Origin: Eledone cirrhosa
Lineage: Eukaryota
DNA: 64,000 nt
Assembly (NCBI GenBank): GCA_964016885.1
Contig: OZ024744.1
Location: 38,440,001-38,504,000, forward strand
Direction of reading: 5' to 3'
Shown here: one piece after another, positions 37,411-50,757 of the stretch
Layout of the letters: every line of letters begins with the position of its first letter
Position numbering within the stretch: position 1 is the first letter of the stretch
Translations under genes and position numbers: made by a program
The notes under the pieces: model-generated
Told to the model about the DNA's origin: nothing
The model's database searches: none
The model's input: only the letters and a program-made list of their open reading frames with translations

Positions 37411-37849
37411 TATGCTAGACATATAATAATGATTATTATATTTATTTTTTAAATCGTTTGCACATTGAATATTTTGCCACTAAGTTTTGTGATTTTTTCC
37501 GAAAGTATTTGCCAGTCTAGGGATTGTTTTTGTTATATCTTTGTTTATAAGGTGTGTCACTTCACACTGCGCAAACAGCAGCTTTTATTTTCAGCCCTAC
37601 AAAAACAACAAAGCATAACAGTATTAGTGGTGACAAAAACAAGAACACCAATGTATAAATGGCATTAACAACAACATAGACAACTGTTTAAGAAAGGAAA
37701 TGGCAGCAGTAGCAGCGGCCCCACCACTTTCACACGTAACACAAACAATAACAACAGCACAAACAAAATATCCTCACAGGCATAGCTGCATCAACAAAGT
37801 AACTGTTTCTAATTTCTCTCATTAACAAAGGTGCAAACCTGGCAGTGAG

Positions 37850-38480
37850 AGAGAGCGCGTGGCAACTGGAATGTCGTGAAGAGCTCACGACCTGACGGAT
37901 AATGTGGTCATTGGAAGTTCCTCTTTGGCTTTCTATAGAGGATTATTGGCATGTAAATGCAACGACGTTTTCGGTGTGACTCTAGTCGTTAACGAAAATC
38001 AACCGGCTAGTCTCGTCCAGAAGACTTCCGATCCAGGACCCATGGATAATTTCCAGAAATCACTGACTTGGTAGTGCAACCGAAGGAGATTGCTAGATCG
38101 GGATAAATTTAATAAGCACAGAAATGCTGTCAGTCAGGCCTCTCCGACCTGGGCGCAAGGTGACGAAACCGTCTTGCATGTACAAGCATTGCTGACTTGT
38201 TTGTTCATTTTGATCATCTGCTATCCCGCGTAGGCACACGTCAGATGCATGTTCGATTCCCACAGGTGACTTTATCCATATGTTTCCATCTCTACGGTTT
38301 CGTTTGTCCAAATTGCTCGAGTTATTTTATACACTAAGAGAAAATGCTTTTAAAAGTCACATTTGCATTGCCTATTATTTTCAAATGATTTTTAAAACAC
38401 TCAAAAATTTGAAGAAGTTTAGTAATATAATAAACTTTCTCTTTACTATCTTGGTGTTTAAGGGGCTGTGTTGGTAGAAT
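37850..38480 (+). pseudogene. Old L1-Tx1 ORF2 C-terminal fragment
   Basis: Plus-strand translation SLAFYRGLL..NENQPASL..PGPMDNFQKSLTW..RDKF..AQGDETVLH matches the 59504-61933 C-terminus. Confidence 0.8.
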
Positions 38481-38599
38481 GTTTTGTGTATCGAAAAGAT
38501 GCCTTAAGATATTTGTTCCCTTTTATTTATTTTTTTTTTTACACTCTCGAGTTTATATATCACCGAGGTGAACTTCGTCTTCTGTCCGGTGTCGGTAGA

Positions 38600-38775
38600 A
38601 TAATTGTTTTTACTTTTGGCACAAGGCCAGCAATTAACCTGTACATTACTGGTACTTTATTTTATCGACCTCGTAAGTCAAAGTTAACCTCGGCGGGATT
38701 TGAACTCAGACTGTAAAGGGACGTAACTATGCTGGAAAGCATGGCGTCCGACCCTCTACCGATATTGCCAATCCG
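38600..38775 (-). mobile_element. SINE family 1 copy (another diverged copy at ~38985-39130)
   Basis: A and B boxes, core and tail. Confidence 0.8.
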
Positions 38776-39665
38776 TAGAATAATATACTGTTACTGGTGT
38801 AGATAGGTATGATTTGTATGGAACCGTAACTCTTGCGCGAGTCGCAGGGGTACCATATTGACATATGGTGTTTCTATGGCATTTTTAAAACAAGCGGAGC
38901 CCATCTTCTCTTAAGGTTTCTTCCAGAGAAGGATAGAGATTGAGAGAAAGGGAATTAGAAAGAGATATAGAAGAATAGAAGAAGAATTGATCCCAGTACT
39001 AGACTAGTACTTTTTTTATCGAACTTAAATGGATAAAAGGAAAAGCTGACCTCGGTGGGAGATGAACTCAGAGAACAGAGTCGAAACGAATACTGCAAAG
39101 CTTTCTATCCGACGTTCTAACGATTCTGGTGTAGATATATGTCATACCAAATATTTGGGCAATAGCCTAAATTAGAAACCATTATAATGTAGGTGTTTGG
39201 AACATAACTAAACAAACGTTCTTACATAAAATTATGTTGGATGCTGTTTTAGATAGATATATAAATACTTTGTATCGTAGAACCAAGAGTGGTTTCAGGT
39301 GGTTTAGTATTTGAAAAAAAAAAAAAGGTAAAAGATTTTTCTTAATGATAATCTTCTATGCATGCCATTGAGATACTTAAAAATAAAACAAAACCAAAAA
39401 TATATAAACAAGTAAAAACAGGGCTCAGCCATTCCCACTTTTTAGGTATCAAATTGTTTTTCCTGCATGTATGCTATTTATCCGGTTTAGCGAAAACTTT
39501 TCCTTACATCTATTTAGAATATATATGTGTCTGTGTGTGAGTGTGTGTGTGTGTGTGCGTGTGTCTGTGAGTGTGTGTGTGTGTGTGTTTGTATGTATGT
39601 ATATATATATATGTATATATATATATAAATATATGTATATATATATATATATATATATGATATAT

Positions 39666-39723
<58 letters not shown>

Positions 39724-40280
39724 TACATACATATATGCATACATACATATATATTTTATATATATAACCTGAAAGCAAATAGTTTACATTTCAACACACT
39801 TTTTTTTTTTTTTCTTACGTCGTTTTTCAGGGTAAGTCATTCAGAAATTTGTGGAGGAGGAGGTGAAAAAAGAAGTAAGCAGAAGAAATTAGAGTTATGA
39901 TGAATATTGTTTGTTAACTGTGGGTCTAAACAAACACGCTGTGGGTCTAAACACGCTGTAGGTAAAATGTTTGAGAGGCGATAACATAAGGTGCGCACTT
40001 TATAATAAAGAAAATATATTGGGTTGGTTTTGCTTTCTTTATTTGCTTGGTTACTCTATAATTTTTTTTTTTTTTACAGGTTTCAGTCATTGGTCAGTGC
40101 CCATCCTGGGGCACCAACTTGATTTTAGTCGATCATTTATCTGTACCAATATTTTTCTTTTTTTCTTTTTCAATCTGCTACTTATTTTATCGGTATGTTC
40201 TTGTCGAACAGGGCACACACACACACATATGCCCATTACACGCACTCACATGCACACATACACACCACGCACACGCACAC

Positions 40281-40348
<68 letters not shown>

Positions 40349-41278
40349 ACACGCACACACACACACACATGCACACATGTTTATATATTATATATAATTA
40401 AGAAAAGGGGCGGAAGAGAGCCACAATTAAATAAAGTGTTCAATACATTAGTAGAGAAGGCACACACTTTTCGCATGACTAGAATTGTGTCATTCATTTG
40501 AAAGAAGAACATTTCCAACGAACGAAATAGTTATAGTTTTGTAGAAGTCAACTTTATATGAAATATACATATACGATGGGCTTCTACAGTTTCCGTCTAC
40601 CAAATTCTATTCAACCCAAGACAATTGAAGGAGACACTTGTGAAATGTACCGCGCAGAAGAACAAAACCCAGAACCAGGTGGTTGCCAAAAGAATTCTTT
40701 TAGGATGTTTTTAAAAATGCTATTTTAGTGAAATGTTCTGTAGTCTTGTTTTTTTCTGTAGAGATAGAGGGCTGAGGATGGCAATAGGCCTTGAAATATT
40801 TATTCTCAAACTTTACATTTTGATTTCGAATGACACCAAAGACAGCTGTGCTTCTGTTAATTTCGGCATTGGTAAATAAAATACCATCACAGTAACTATC
40901 ACAGTAATGCAGCTGAATTATATATCTTTCTCCTCTTATCTCTCTTTCTCTCGCCTACTTCTCTCTCTCTCTCTGTCTCACACACACTCCCCTCTCTCTC
41001 TCTCTCTTCAAAAAGTTGACTGTAATCAGATTCTGAGTGATGGGTTCCGCCATGTTTAGGTGGCCTATCGAGCCGGCAAGACTTGATGAGAGAAGGTAAA
41101 ACAAATATTGATGATGTTGTAGTTGCTATTGTTGTTATTATGGTTGTTTTTGAGGTTATCTCTGATCGAATAGAACTATGGTGAATGTGTTTCAGCCTTA
41201 CCTGTCTTATCATGCTTTTGACTCTGTCTATCGCGAATTTCATTATTCAATGCGTACTTCCTACTTTTAATATAAGAG

Positions 41279-41440
41279 CAGACCTGCCAACCTCTAAAAA
41301 CTCAAACTGGGAGTACCATGAAAAAACGGGCCCCAAAACGAGGAGAAATGAGGCAAAATGAGATTTTACATAATGAAAGCTATACCTATTTTCACAAGAG
41401 AAGATATCTCACGGTCGGACGGGAAGAGTTGACAGGTCTG
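41279..41440. mobile_element. hAT-like MITE with probable 6-bp TSD
   Basis: TIRs CAGACCTGCCAAC / GTTGACAGGTCTG; flanks TAAGAG / TAAGAC. Confidence 0.8.
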
Positions 41441-41893
41441 TAAGACGGCTTTGTAGTTTGCTAGAAGCATTGGGTATGATGTGGAAAATAGTGTTGTTTT
41501 TTCAGAAAATGGAACGGGGAAACTAATTCGAAGTAGGATCTCTCCGATATGTGAAATATTTCCTTAACGGGTGCATACGTAGCCTGAAATGGTTAAAAAA
41601 CTATTATCCATCTCTCGGTGAAATCCCTCCCGAATTAGTTTCTCTAATTATTCTTTTGATGAAGGGATTCTATCCTGGTATATAAGGACCATTAAACCAA
41701 CTCAAAAGTAACATCCTCAAATCATCGTTATCATTATATTTTTAACATTTAGTGTCCTATTTGCGTTGCTATGGGTCGGTAAAGTTTTAAAGAAATTGAT
41801 CTGCTGTTTCTATCAATCAGATCAAGAAGCTCGGGTAAAGGCACCTTACATTCACTTTTCGCTTGTTCGTGAGTTTGGATACAATCATATGTC

Positions 41894-42064
41894 CAGACAT
41901 GCCAATCTCTAAAAATCCAAACGGGGAGTACCATGAAAAAAAGTGCTCCATAACGGGGAGAAATAAGGCAAAATGGAGAGATTTTACATAATGAAAGCTA
42001 TAGCCATTTTCACACAAAGTGGGTTGGACATCTCCCCATCGGACGGGGAGAATTGACAGGTCTG
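41894..42064. mobile_element. hAT-like MITE family copy
   Basis: TIRs CAGACATGCCAAT / ATTGACAGGTCTG; internal homology to 41279-41440. Confidence 0.78.
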
Positions 42065-42554
42065 ATGTACTGAGAAGAATCTGATATTTTGATACTCTCT
42101 CTTGGACTGATATATTTCTCTATTCTCCCAACAGCATATAAATTCATTAAAAAAAAAAAAAAAATCCACGATTATCATTATATATACATCGCTTACTGAC
42201 AGAGACCACAGGCTCTCTGGGATTTTAACTTATTTTTGAAATTATATATTTTTAATATGTATTTAGTTTTGGTAGTCACTGCCTGCTTTGGTTACCAATA
42301 TGTTACGTCCCTTATGCACACACACAGACACACACATACACACACACATACACACACATGTGTGTGTGTATGTCTATATGAATACTGTGCGTAGAGGGCT
42401 GCATGTATATATTGATGTGGTTGTTTTAAATACAAGGTGTACATAGAACGTTCAAACATTAACTGAATGAATGCTCAATACAGGTGGGCAGAGTGAAAGA
42501 TATATATTCTGGAGGAAAAGTTGCCGCACAAAAAATGCTTGACCCCCACCCTTA

Positions 42555-42616
<62 letters not shown>

Positions 42617-42647
42617 TTTTTATATATATATATATATATTTAGTGAA

Positions 42648-42820
42648 GGCGTGTGGCTGAGTGGTTAGAGAATTGGATTCGCAATCGTGAGGTTGTGAGT
42701 TCGATTCTTGGACCAGGCGATGCGTTATGTCCTTCAGTAAGACACTTTATTTCACGTTGCTCCTTCTACCTGGAATTGCGACCGATAGATAGTATTAGTA
42801 ATTGGAAAGACCAACGGATA
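42648..42820 (+). mobile_element. tRNA-derived SINE family 2 (second copy at 47874-48050; 3' parts at ~46675-46915 and ~24650-24800)
   Basis: GGCGTGTGGCTGAGTGGTTAGA A box, GAGTTCGATTC B box, then TGTCCTT..AAGACACTTTATTTCACGTTGC. Confidence 0.75.
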
Positions 42821-42883
42821 TATATATATATATATATATATGTTTTGCAAGGTTTTTGATACTAAATCGTGTGTCGAAACAAA

Positions 42884-43301
42884 TATTGTTATATTTGAGG
42901 AGGGTCATATTGATATAATATTGCCAGAAATAATAACAGAACATACTCACTGTTTGGTTGGTTTCGCTTCTGTATCTTTTATTTCTCCATAGTTAATTTA
43001 TCTGGCAATCAACGTTTATCATTGATTGACCGACCGTTAAAAATACAGATATATATATATATCGTCTATCGAAGTTCTTTCGTTGCACATCTGCAACATC
43101 ATCAGTGGTACTATTATGTTTCCTCCTGTTGTATTGTATGTCTACGTCATTTTTTATTTTTAACGATAAACATTGATTGCCAAATAAATTAACTTTGGAG
43201 ATATAAAAGATACAGAAGTGAAAACCAACCAAACATTGAGTGTGTTCTGTTACTATTTCTGGCAATATTAATACAACAATATGACACCCCCAAGTATAAC
43301 A

Positions 43302-43305
<4 letters not shown>
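42884..43305 (-). mobile_element. Fold-back PLE-like pLTR remnant: ~140-bp inverted arms with a hammerhead-like core in the spacer
   Basis: 42884-43023 is mirrored by 43161-43305; minus strand 43071-43110 reads CTGATGA-T-GTTGCA gatg TGCAAC-GAAA, but stem I does not pair. Confidence 0.6.
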
Positions 43306-43379
<74 letters not shown>

Positions 43380-43456
43380 ATAATAATAAATTTGAAGACT
43401 AAAATCCAAAAAGGGCTCGATAAGCAGCGATTATTTGCTTAAACTTTAATCTGTTA

Positions 43457-43543
<87 letters not shown>

Positions 43544-43550
<7 letters not shown>

Positions 43551-45085
43551 TAATAGATTAGAGTTTAAGCAAAGAATCACCACTTTCACCCTTAACGGGA
43601 TCTTCTCAAACTAAAAAAAATCAATCCTGTGAACGCAGGAGTGATATTTCGAGAAACATTGCAACCGGAGGAAAAGAGGAAGACGACACATTGGTTCGTG
43701 AAGACGTTCCCTGGCAATGTACGGAAAAAAGCGAATCTTATGTGGGGCGATGAGAACAACTACACATAAAGACAAAACCACGTTTACGGTATAAATGTAG
43801 TCGTAGACTAATATTCTATTAGGTGGTTCATGGAGACGTTCTCTGGCAATGAACGGAAAAAACGAAGATAATACGTCATTATTTGGAGCGGTGAGAACAA
43901 TTACACGCAAAGACAAAACCACGTTTATGGTATAAATGAAGTCGTAGGTTAATATTCTATTTAGGAAAAGAAATGATTCTCGGCTTCAGAGTTAAGAATA
44001 ATGTAAATAAATTAGTAGAACGAAAATGACAGAGGTTATTAAAATCAATAATAATTAAATATATACATACACTCATCTATATACGTACATACATGTGCAT
44101 AAGCGAAAACACCCGCCATGCATGCATATTCATGCACGTATACATAAATACGCGCACACATACATAAACCTGCGCGACACATATGAACGTATACACCAAA
44201 TACACAATAAAATATATATATATGTGTGTGGGTGTGTGTATACATATAATTATATAAACGTAAATAAATATACACACATAAATATTTATATAACGCACGC
44301 ACACACATACCTACAGGTAAAAAACATATGTTCACGAAACGTACGTCAACCAAAACACAATGTACACATATAAACACCTTACATACGTACAAACACGCAT
44401 ACACCCATACACACACAAACACAAAATACACATGTACACATAACCAAATACACATATACCAGTATATATAATATAATATATACACCTATAACAAATACAA
44501 GCATATATCATCATCATCAGGTCGAGCTTGCTCGGCTTTCTACGACAAGTTTCCTCCATCCATCTCTGTCTCTCATAGCGTTTGCCAGTTCTTCTGCAGA
44601 GCATCCAGTATCGTCCTCAAGTTGCTTGACGTATGTCTTCTTGGGACGACCAGCGTTTCTTGCTCCATGAGATGGACTCCATAACAATACATCACCTGCT
44701 ATTTCTTGCTTGCTGCGCCAACAGTGGCCAGCAAATCTGAGTCTCTGTCCACGTATTGACCTGCTGATAGGTGGTATATTGTCATAGAGATCCTTATTTG
44801 TTGGGTGTTCCCACCAAGATACGTTTAAAGCAACACGGAGCATACGTGTGTATGCCCCGTCTAGCTTTTTCTCCAGTTTCGACGTTAGCGTCCAAGTGAT
44901 AGAGCCATAAAGAAGCACAGATTACACAGCAGCTCTGAAGAAATTCCTTTTCAGTTTGGCCGGCAGGTTTGATTTCCATATTTTGTCAAAGCATATATAC
45001 GTACGAGAAAGTATACGTACCTTCATAAAACATACGGGTAAGATATACTTACCTATAAGTAATGGTATAAACATTTAATGGTATT
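43544..45085 (-). mobile_element. Penelope family 2 3' UTR/pLTR copy, interrupted by an RTE
   Basis: Colinear with 53040-53990; hammerhead at 43562-43612 is degenerate. Confidence 0.8.
44508..44988 (-). mobile_element. 5'-truncated RTE-clade LINE with (TGA)n tail and TSD
   Basis: LLYGSITWTL..RLRFAGHCWR..GRPKKTY; TSD AAGCATATA at 44499-44507 and 44989-44997. Confidence 0.88.
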
Positions 45086-45118
<33 letters not shown>

Positions 45119-45122
<4 letters not shown>

Positions 45123-46595
45123 ATAATAATAAATTTGAAGACTAAAATCCAAAGAGGGCTCGATAAGGATAAATATATATCAAATATATAAGAACCGTAG
45201 AGCAAATATTTATTAAAATAACAGATTAAAGTTTAAGCGAAGAATCGCTGCTTTCACCCTTAACGGGAACTTCTGAAACTAAAAAAGTTAATTTTTGAAC
45301 GCAGAAGTAAATATTTCAAAAAACGTTGCAACCGCAGGAAGACAGGAAGACGATACTTTGGTTAGTGGAAACGTTCCCTGGCAAAGAACGGAAAAAAAAC
45401 GAAGATAACACGTCATTATGTGGACAGGTGAGAACAATTACACGCAAAGACAAAACCACGTAAATGGTATAACTGAAGTCGTAGACTAAAATTCTATTCA
45501 GAAAACCGAATGATTCTCGACTTCAGAGTTAAGAATAAAGTAAATGAAATACAGAGGTAATTGAAATTAAATATATACATACACGCATCCATATATGTAC
45601 GTACACAAGCATACGCGAAAACACTCGCCATGGGTATGCAAATACAAGTACGTACACGAAAAAACACGCACGCACATACAGAACCCACGCAACGCCTGTA
45701 CCCGCACACATACTAACGCATACACCAAATACACATACAAATATATATAAAAAATATATATATATGTGTGTGTGTGTGTGTGCGTGTATACAAAATATAT
45801 ATAAATATACACACATAAATACGTATATAACGCGCGCACACACATACCTACATGTAAATACACATATGTTCGCGAACGTACGTCAACCAAAAAAAAGAAG
45901 TACACATATACACATACCCTACATACGTACGAACCCGCATACTCACACAGACACAAAACTCACGTATACACATAACCAAATGCACATGTACCAGTATATA
46001 TAATATAAACGCCATAACATATACAAGCAAATATACGTACGAGAAAATATACGTACCCTCACAAAACATACAGGTAAAATATACTTACCTATACAAATAA
46101 GTAATGGTATAAACATAACAAATACTTAGCTACCACATCAAGACGTAACATATCCGCGTATAGTTCGTACTATCCGTTAGGGTATAATGTGGGGCTGTAA
46201 CACAGGAAAGTGTTGTACAATTTATGTTTACAAGCCGAAATTGCCTCAGATTTTTTGTTTAAGATGTGGTCTTTGGCGTAGAGTATTTCCAGGGCCTCAG
46301 CGGCGCAGAGGTCACATGGTCTTTTATTTCCGTTATACGATCTAGTCCTAGCTAGGATCTCCCAGTGTAACTTATATTGGGTGTGGTTGTCTTTTTTAGA
46401 CTCCAGATATAAGGTGATAGTGACGTCATATTCCTTCTTAAAGGGTTAAGAAAAGAATGGGTATGCATGTAAAGACGGTGCTTGAATCTATTGGCGGTTA
46501 ACTCTATGTAGGCCCTACGGGACGTGGGTGTTTCAACCTTACATTTGTAGACAATGTTACTAGAGAGACATTTCCCGGATAGGGGGCAGTCAACC

Positions 46596-46597
<2 letters not shown>
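45119..46597 (-). mobile_element. Penelope family 2 3' fragment (GIY-YIG + 3' UTR + pLTR)
   Basis: CPLSGKCLSSNIVYKC..AYIELTANRFKHRLY; colinear with 52949-54470; hammerhead at 45230-45280 has A9U. Confidence 0.88.
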
Positions 46598-46658
<61 letters not shown>

Positions 46659-46951
46659 ATATGTGTGTGTGTGTGTTGTGTCCTTGAGCAAGACACGTTG
46701 CTCGAGTCCATTCGGCTGGCAAAAATGAGTTGTGTCTGTAATCCTAATGGCCAACCTTGTCACATTCTGTGACACCTTGAATCTCCATGAAAACTACGAT
46801 GATGGTACGTGTGTCTGTGAAATGCACAGCCACTTGCACGTTAATTTCGTGAGCAGGGTGTTACGTTAATCGGATCAACTGGAACAGCCATTGTTGTAAC
46901 CGACGGAGTGCCTCATATATGTTCAACTTTGCTATTTCTTCTTTTACGTTG

Positions 46952-47200
<249 letters not shown>

Positions 47201-47411
47201 TTAATAACCCTTATCATCAAAGGAGAGGTGGGAGTGATTTCCTATGCTGAATTTGAACACTCAGAAGGCGAAGTGTTAGAACACTTAAACAAAACGTCGC
47301 GTCCAACGTTCAATCCCTGGTTTGTCTTCCTTTCCTTTGCATTGCGGGCCACAACAGTACCGGGCTTTGTGGCCCTAATGTTTAATGTATAATCATTATT
47401 TATTTTATCCT

Positions 47412-47459
47412 CTGGATACTAAGGCAGATAAATCATGATTTATCTGCCTTAGTATCCAG
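47412..47459. repeat. Perfect 48-bp palindrome
   Basis: CTGGATACTAAGGCAGATAAATCA|TGATTTATCTGCCTTAGTATCCAG. Confidence 0.92.
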
Positions 47460-47600
47460 GGGAGGGTGGTAGAGCTCCTTTTAAAATTCAAGAACTTCGA
47501 GGTTCCACACAACCGATATACCTACTGAATGCCTTTTACTAACTTACAGGGTTTAGCCTGGTGTTAAACAACAGCAACAACAGATGATATATCATTATTT

Positions 47601-47708
47601 TCTCGCCGAGGTTAACTTTGCCTTTCATCCTTACGGGGTCGATAAAATAAAGTACCAGTAATGTACTGGGTAATTGATGGCCTTGTGCAAAAAGTAGAAA
47701 CAATTATT
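47601..47708 (+). mobile_element. SINE family 1 3' half
   Basis: Core + tail; ATTATTTTCT occurs on both sides. Confidence 0.8.
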
Positions 47709-48451
47709 TTCTTTTTTCTAGGTTTGACGAGTAGTCTTGGTGACTAGACGCTTGACTACTTTTATCAAATCGACGTTCCCCTCCCAAAAAATTAATGGCC
47801 TTGTGCCTAAATCAGAAACAAGTTTTGAAAATTAATATTTGAAGGCAATTTTTAATATATGTATATATATATAGGTGCGTGGCTGAGTGGTTAGAGAATT
47901 GGTTTCGCAATCTTCAGGTTGTGAGTTCGATTCCAAGATCGGGTGATGCATTATGTTCTTGAGAAAGACACTTTATTTCACGTTGCCCCTTCTAACTGGA
48001 GATGCAACCGTTATATAGTATTAGCAACTGAAAAGACGATTGGAAACATTGTTTCCCCGGCCCGATTTCACGAAGGTCGATCGACTATATATATATGTGT
48101 GTGTGTATGGATGTGTGTGTGTGCGTGTTGCGATACAATAAAAGTACATGTAAACTTCATCGTTCTTATTAATATATACACTGTGCACTGAGTGCTTGCT
48201 TTGGTATCACCAGTAATTCACTGAATCGCCTATACAATCCTGCTATATCAAGCGTTAACCTAATATACTCCTTCCATATACTGTACCGATTGTGTTGTTG
48301 TTTCTGTTTACCTTTTACATATATATTTATATATATATACATATATATACAATCCTCTATTTCAAACGTTAACCTAATATATTCCTTCCATATACTGTAC
48401 TGATTGTGTTGTTACTTCTGTTTACATAGAGTATATATATATATATGGAGA

Positions 48452-48489
<38 letters not shown>

Positions 48490-48495
48490 TCTCCA

Positions 48496-48834
48496 TCAAA
48501 ACATCAAATTCATGGTGAAGCTAGGGTGGTAGAACAGCCAAATTATTGATGCTCTGGAGCAAGTTCATGGACACAATGCCCCAAAGAAATCAATAATGGA
48601 TAAGTCGTTTTAGGAGTGCAAGAGATGAGGCTGAAGATGTAAAAAAAAAGAAAAATGCTTTGATATGGTTTAAATCGCATGCCACTCAGTTTAACAAAGA
48701 TGGACATAGAGGGTGTATATCGCTTGCAGAGTGTATTGACCTAGATGGAGCATATATTGAAAAATGAACATCATAACTTAAACAGTTTTTTCCAACTGTC
48801 CTTTTTCTACGAACGTTTTCAAGCCCCACTCGTA
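48496..48834 (+). mobile_element. Internally deleted mariner remnant
   Basis: NIKFMVKLGW..IIDALEQVHG..APKKS..WISRFRS (HTH region) joined to CIDLDGAYIEK; right end TTTCAAGCCCCACTCG-TA. Confidence 0.75.
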
Positions 48835-48852
48835 TATATATATATATATATA

Positions 48853-49020
48853 TAACAAAGGAAATGTGGTAAGGAACCAGATGGACCATAACGCACCACA
48901 GTACTCAATACTAAGGGTAGTAGAGTGGGAAATAGGAAAAAGTATGACCCCGATGGCAGAGCTCAAGCCGTTTCGACGGCTATTTCTTGAGCTCAGCCGT
49001 CGAGGTCATACTTTTTCCAA
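48853..49020 (-). mobile_element. Penelope family 1-like pLTR end with short inversion
   Basis: Reverse complement of 32610-32740; fold-back at ~48945-49012. Confidence 0.75.
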
Positions 49021-49051
49021 TATCTCTATATATATAGTTTTAATATAGAAG

Positions 49052-49102
49052 AGCTTCTACAGGATTAGAACTGTTTCATTCGTGAGAAATCATCAGGGAG
49101 CT
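49052..49102 (-). ncRNA. Type I hammerhead ribozyme, canonical core
   Basis: AGCTCC-CTGATGA-T TTC tcac GAA T-GAAA-CAG ttctaatc CTG-TA-GAAGCT; one mismatch in stem I. Confidence 0.7.
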
Positions 49103-49705
49103 GGCTGTCCAAGTAAGTAGTGGTATTTATGTCTTTCCTTTTCTGGTGGTAGGATAGGGTGGGGATTGGGATGGGTTCATTGGCTGAAGGATTTAAAGAA
49201 AAGGGAGTTCATTAAAAGCTAATTCTTTAGAGCTATAATAGTAACAAAGGCAGAAAGAATACTGTAAACAAATTCAAAGTTGGAATACCAATCCTTGTTT
49301 ATCACTTAGACTAACAATGCCTGTAAGACAGGTGTCTACAGGATGGGTGGGGTTCAATAGTTTAAAGAGAAGGGAAATTCTTTAGAAGCTAATTCTTTAA
49401 GGCTGGAATAAGGGTAACAAAGGCAGAGAGGGTTCCATCAACAGATTCAAGTGTTGGGGTGATTCCCCTTATTGTGAAGTTTCTCTTAATATATATTCCA
49501 GGTGTCGACAAACACATTCACACCTGCGCCCACTTACACACGTTTCACACAGTTACACGCATGCACACAGGCAGGTACACACTCACAACAAACATACATA
49601 ATGGTACATACACACATACATACATACAAATACATACATACACATATACATATATATGTGTGTGTACATACATACGCATACAATGCACATATATGCATAT
49701 ACATA

Positions 49706-49739
<34 letters not shown>

Positions 49740-49920
49740 CATATATATAGATATATACACATACATACACATATGCACATATATAGATAGATAGATATAT
49801 ACATATACACATACATATACACACATATATATACACACACACATATATATATACACATACATAGACAAATATACGTAAGCACACACACGCTCTCATGCAT
49901 ACACACGCACACACATATAC

Positions 49921-49968
<48 letters not shown>

Positions 49969-50134
49969 TATGTTGAGAAGGTAACACACCAGAGAGAGAT
50001 ATATAGTGCGTTATCAATAATACAGGGAAAAAACCCACCAGTGTATGGAGTCTATAACCTATGAAAGGCAGACTATAGACACGATAATTAAAAATATAAA
50101 TTAAAGCGTAAATAAATACCTCTATAACTATATA

Positions 50135-50215
50135 ACACACGTACAAATCCAAAGATATGTTTCACCAAAAAATTTGTTGAAAGAAATGGTCTAGTCTCGG
50201 TTCATCAGCGTGTGT
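50135..50215 (-). ncRNA. Type I hammerhead ribozyme, canonical core
   Basis: ACACACG-CTGATGA-ACCGAGA..TTTTGGT-GAA-ACATATC tttg GATTTGT-A-CGTGTGT; 7-bp stem I, GUA triplet. Confidence 0.85.
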
Positions 50216-50676
50216 AAGGCCATACATTTCAGACAACACTAAGAGAATTTTACAATTGACTGTCCAGCTACACGTGGGAGAGAGAAGTCACAGCGTGTTT
50301 AAGGGCAGTGAAACAGTGGCCTCTGAGAGACGAACTGCTAGAAAGGGCAGCCCAAAGCCACTCAGAGAAGTGTGCTCAACCAAACAGAGATAGGAAAGAC
50401 TGTTGTTAGGAGCGAAATATCACGATAAATTAACGGAGGCATAGGCCGTCGTTATTCCCTGTAAATAGTGTGCTCAAAGGGGAAGAGATCCTGAGCCCTT
50501 TAAAATATAATATGTTGAGAAGGTAACACACCAGAGAGAGATATATAGTGCGTTATCAATAATACAGGGAAAAAAACCACCAGTGTATGGAATCTATAAC
50601 CTATGAAAGGCAGACTATAGACACGATAATTAAAAATATAAATTAAAGCGTAAATAAATACCTCTATAACTATATA

Positions 50677-50757
50677 ACACACGTACAAATCCAAAGATAT
50701 GTTTCACCAAAAAATTTGTTGAAAGAAATGGTCTAGTCTCGGTCCATCAGCGTGTGT
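50677..50757 (-). ncRNA. Hammerhead, second unit, A9G substitution (CTGATGG)
   Basis: Plus strand reads GGTCCATCAG versus GGTTCATCAG in unit 1. Confidence 0.75.

Noticed and set aside
41048-41102. Host first coding exon (CCGCCATG...AAG|GTAAAA)
   Set aside because: Only 14 codons with no recognisable homology and no supporting downstream exon.
42648-42720. tRNA gene (also 47874-47945)
   Set aside because: A and B boxes are present, but the acceptor stem does not pair and the sequence continues into a shared SINE body.
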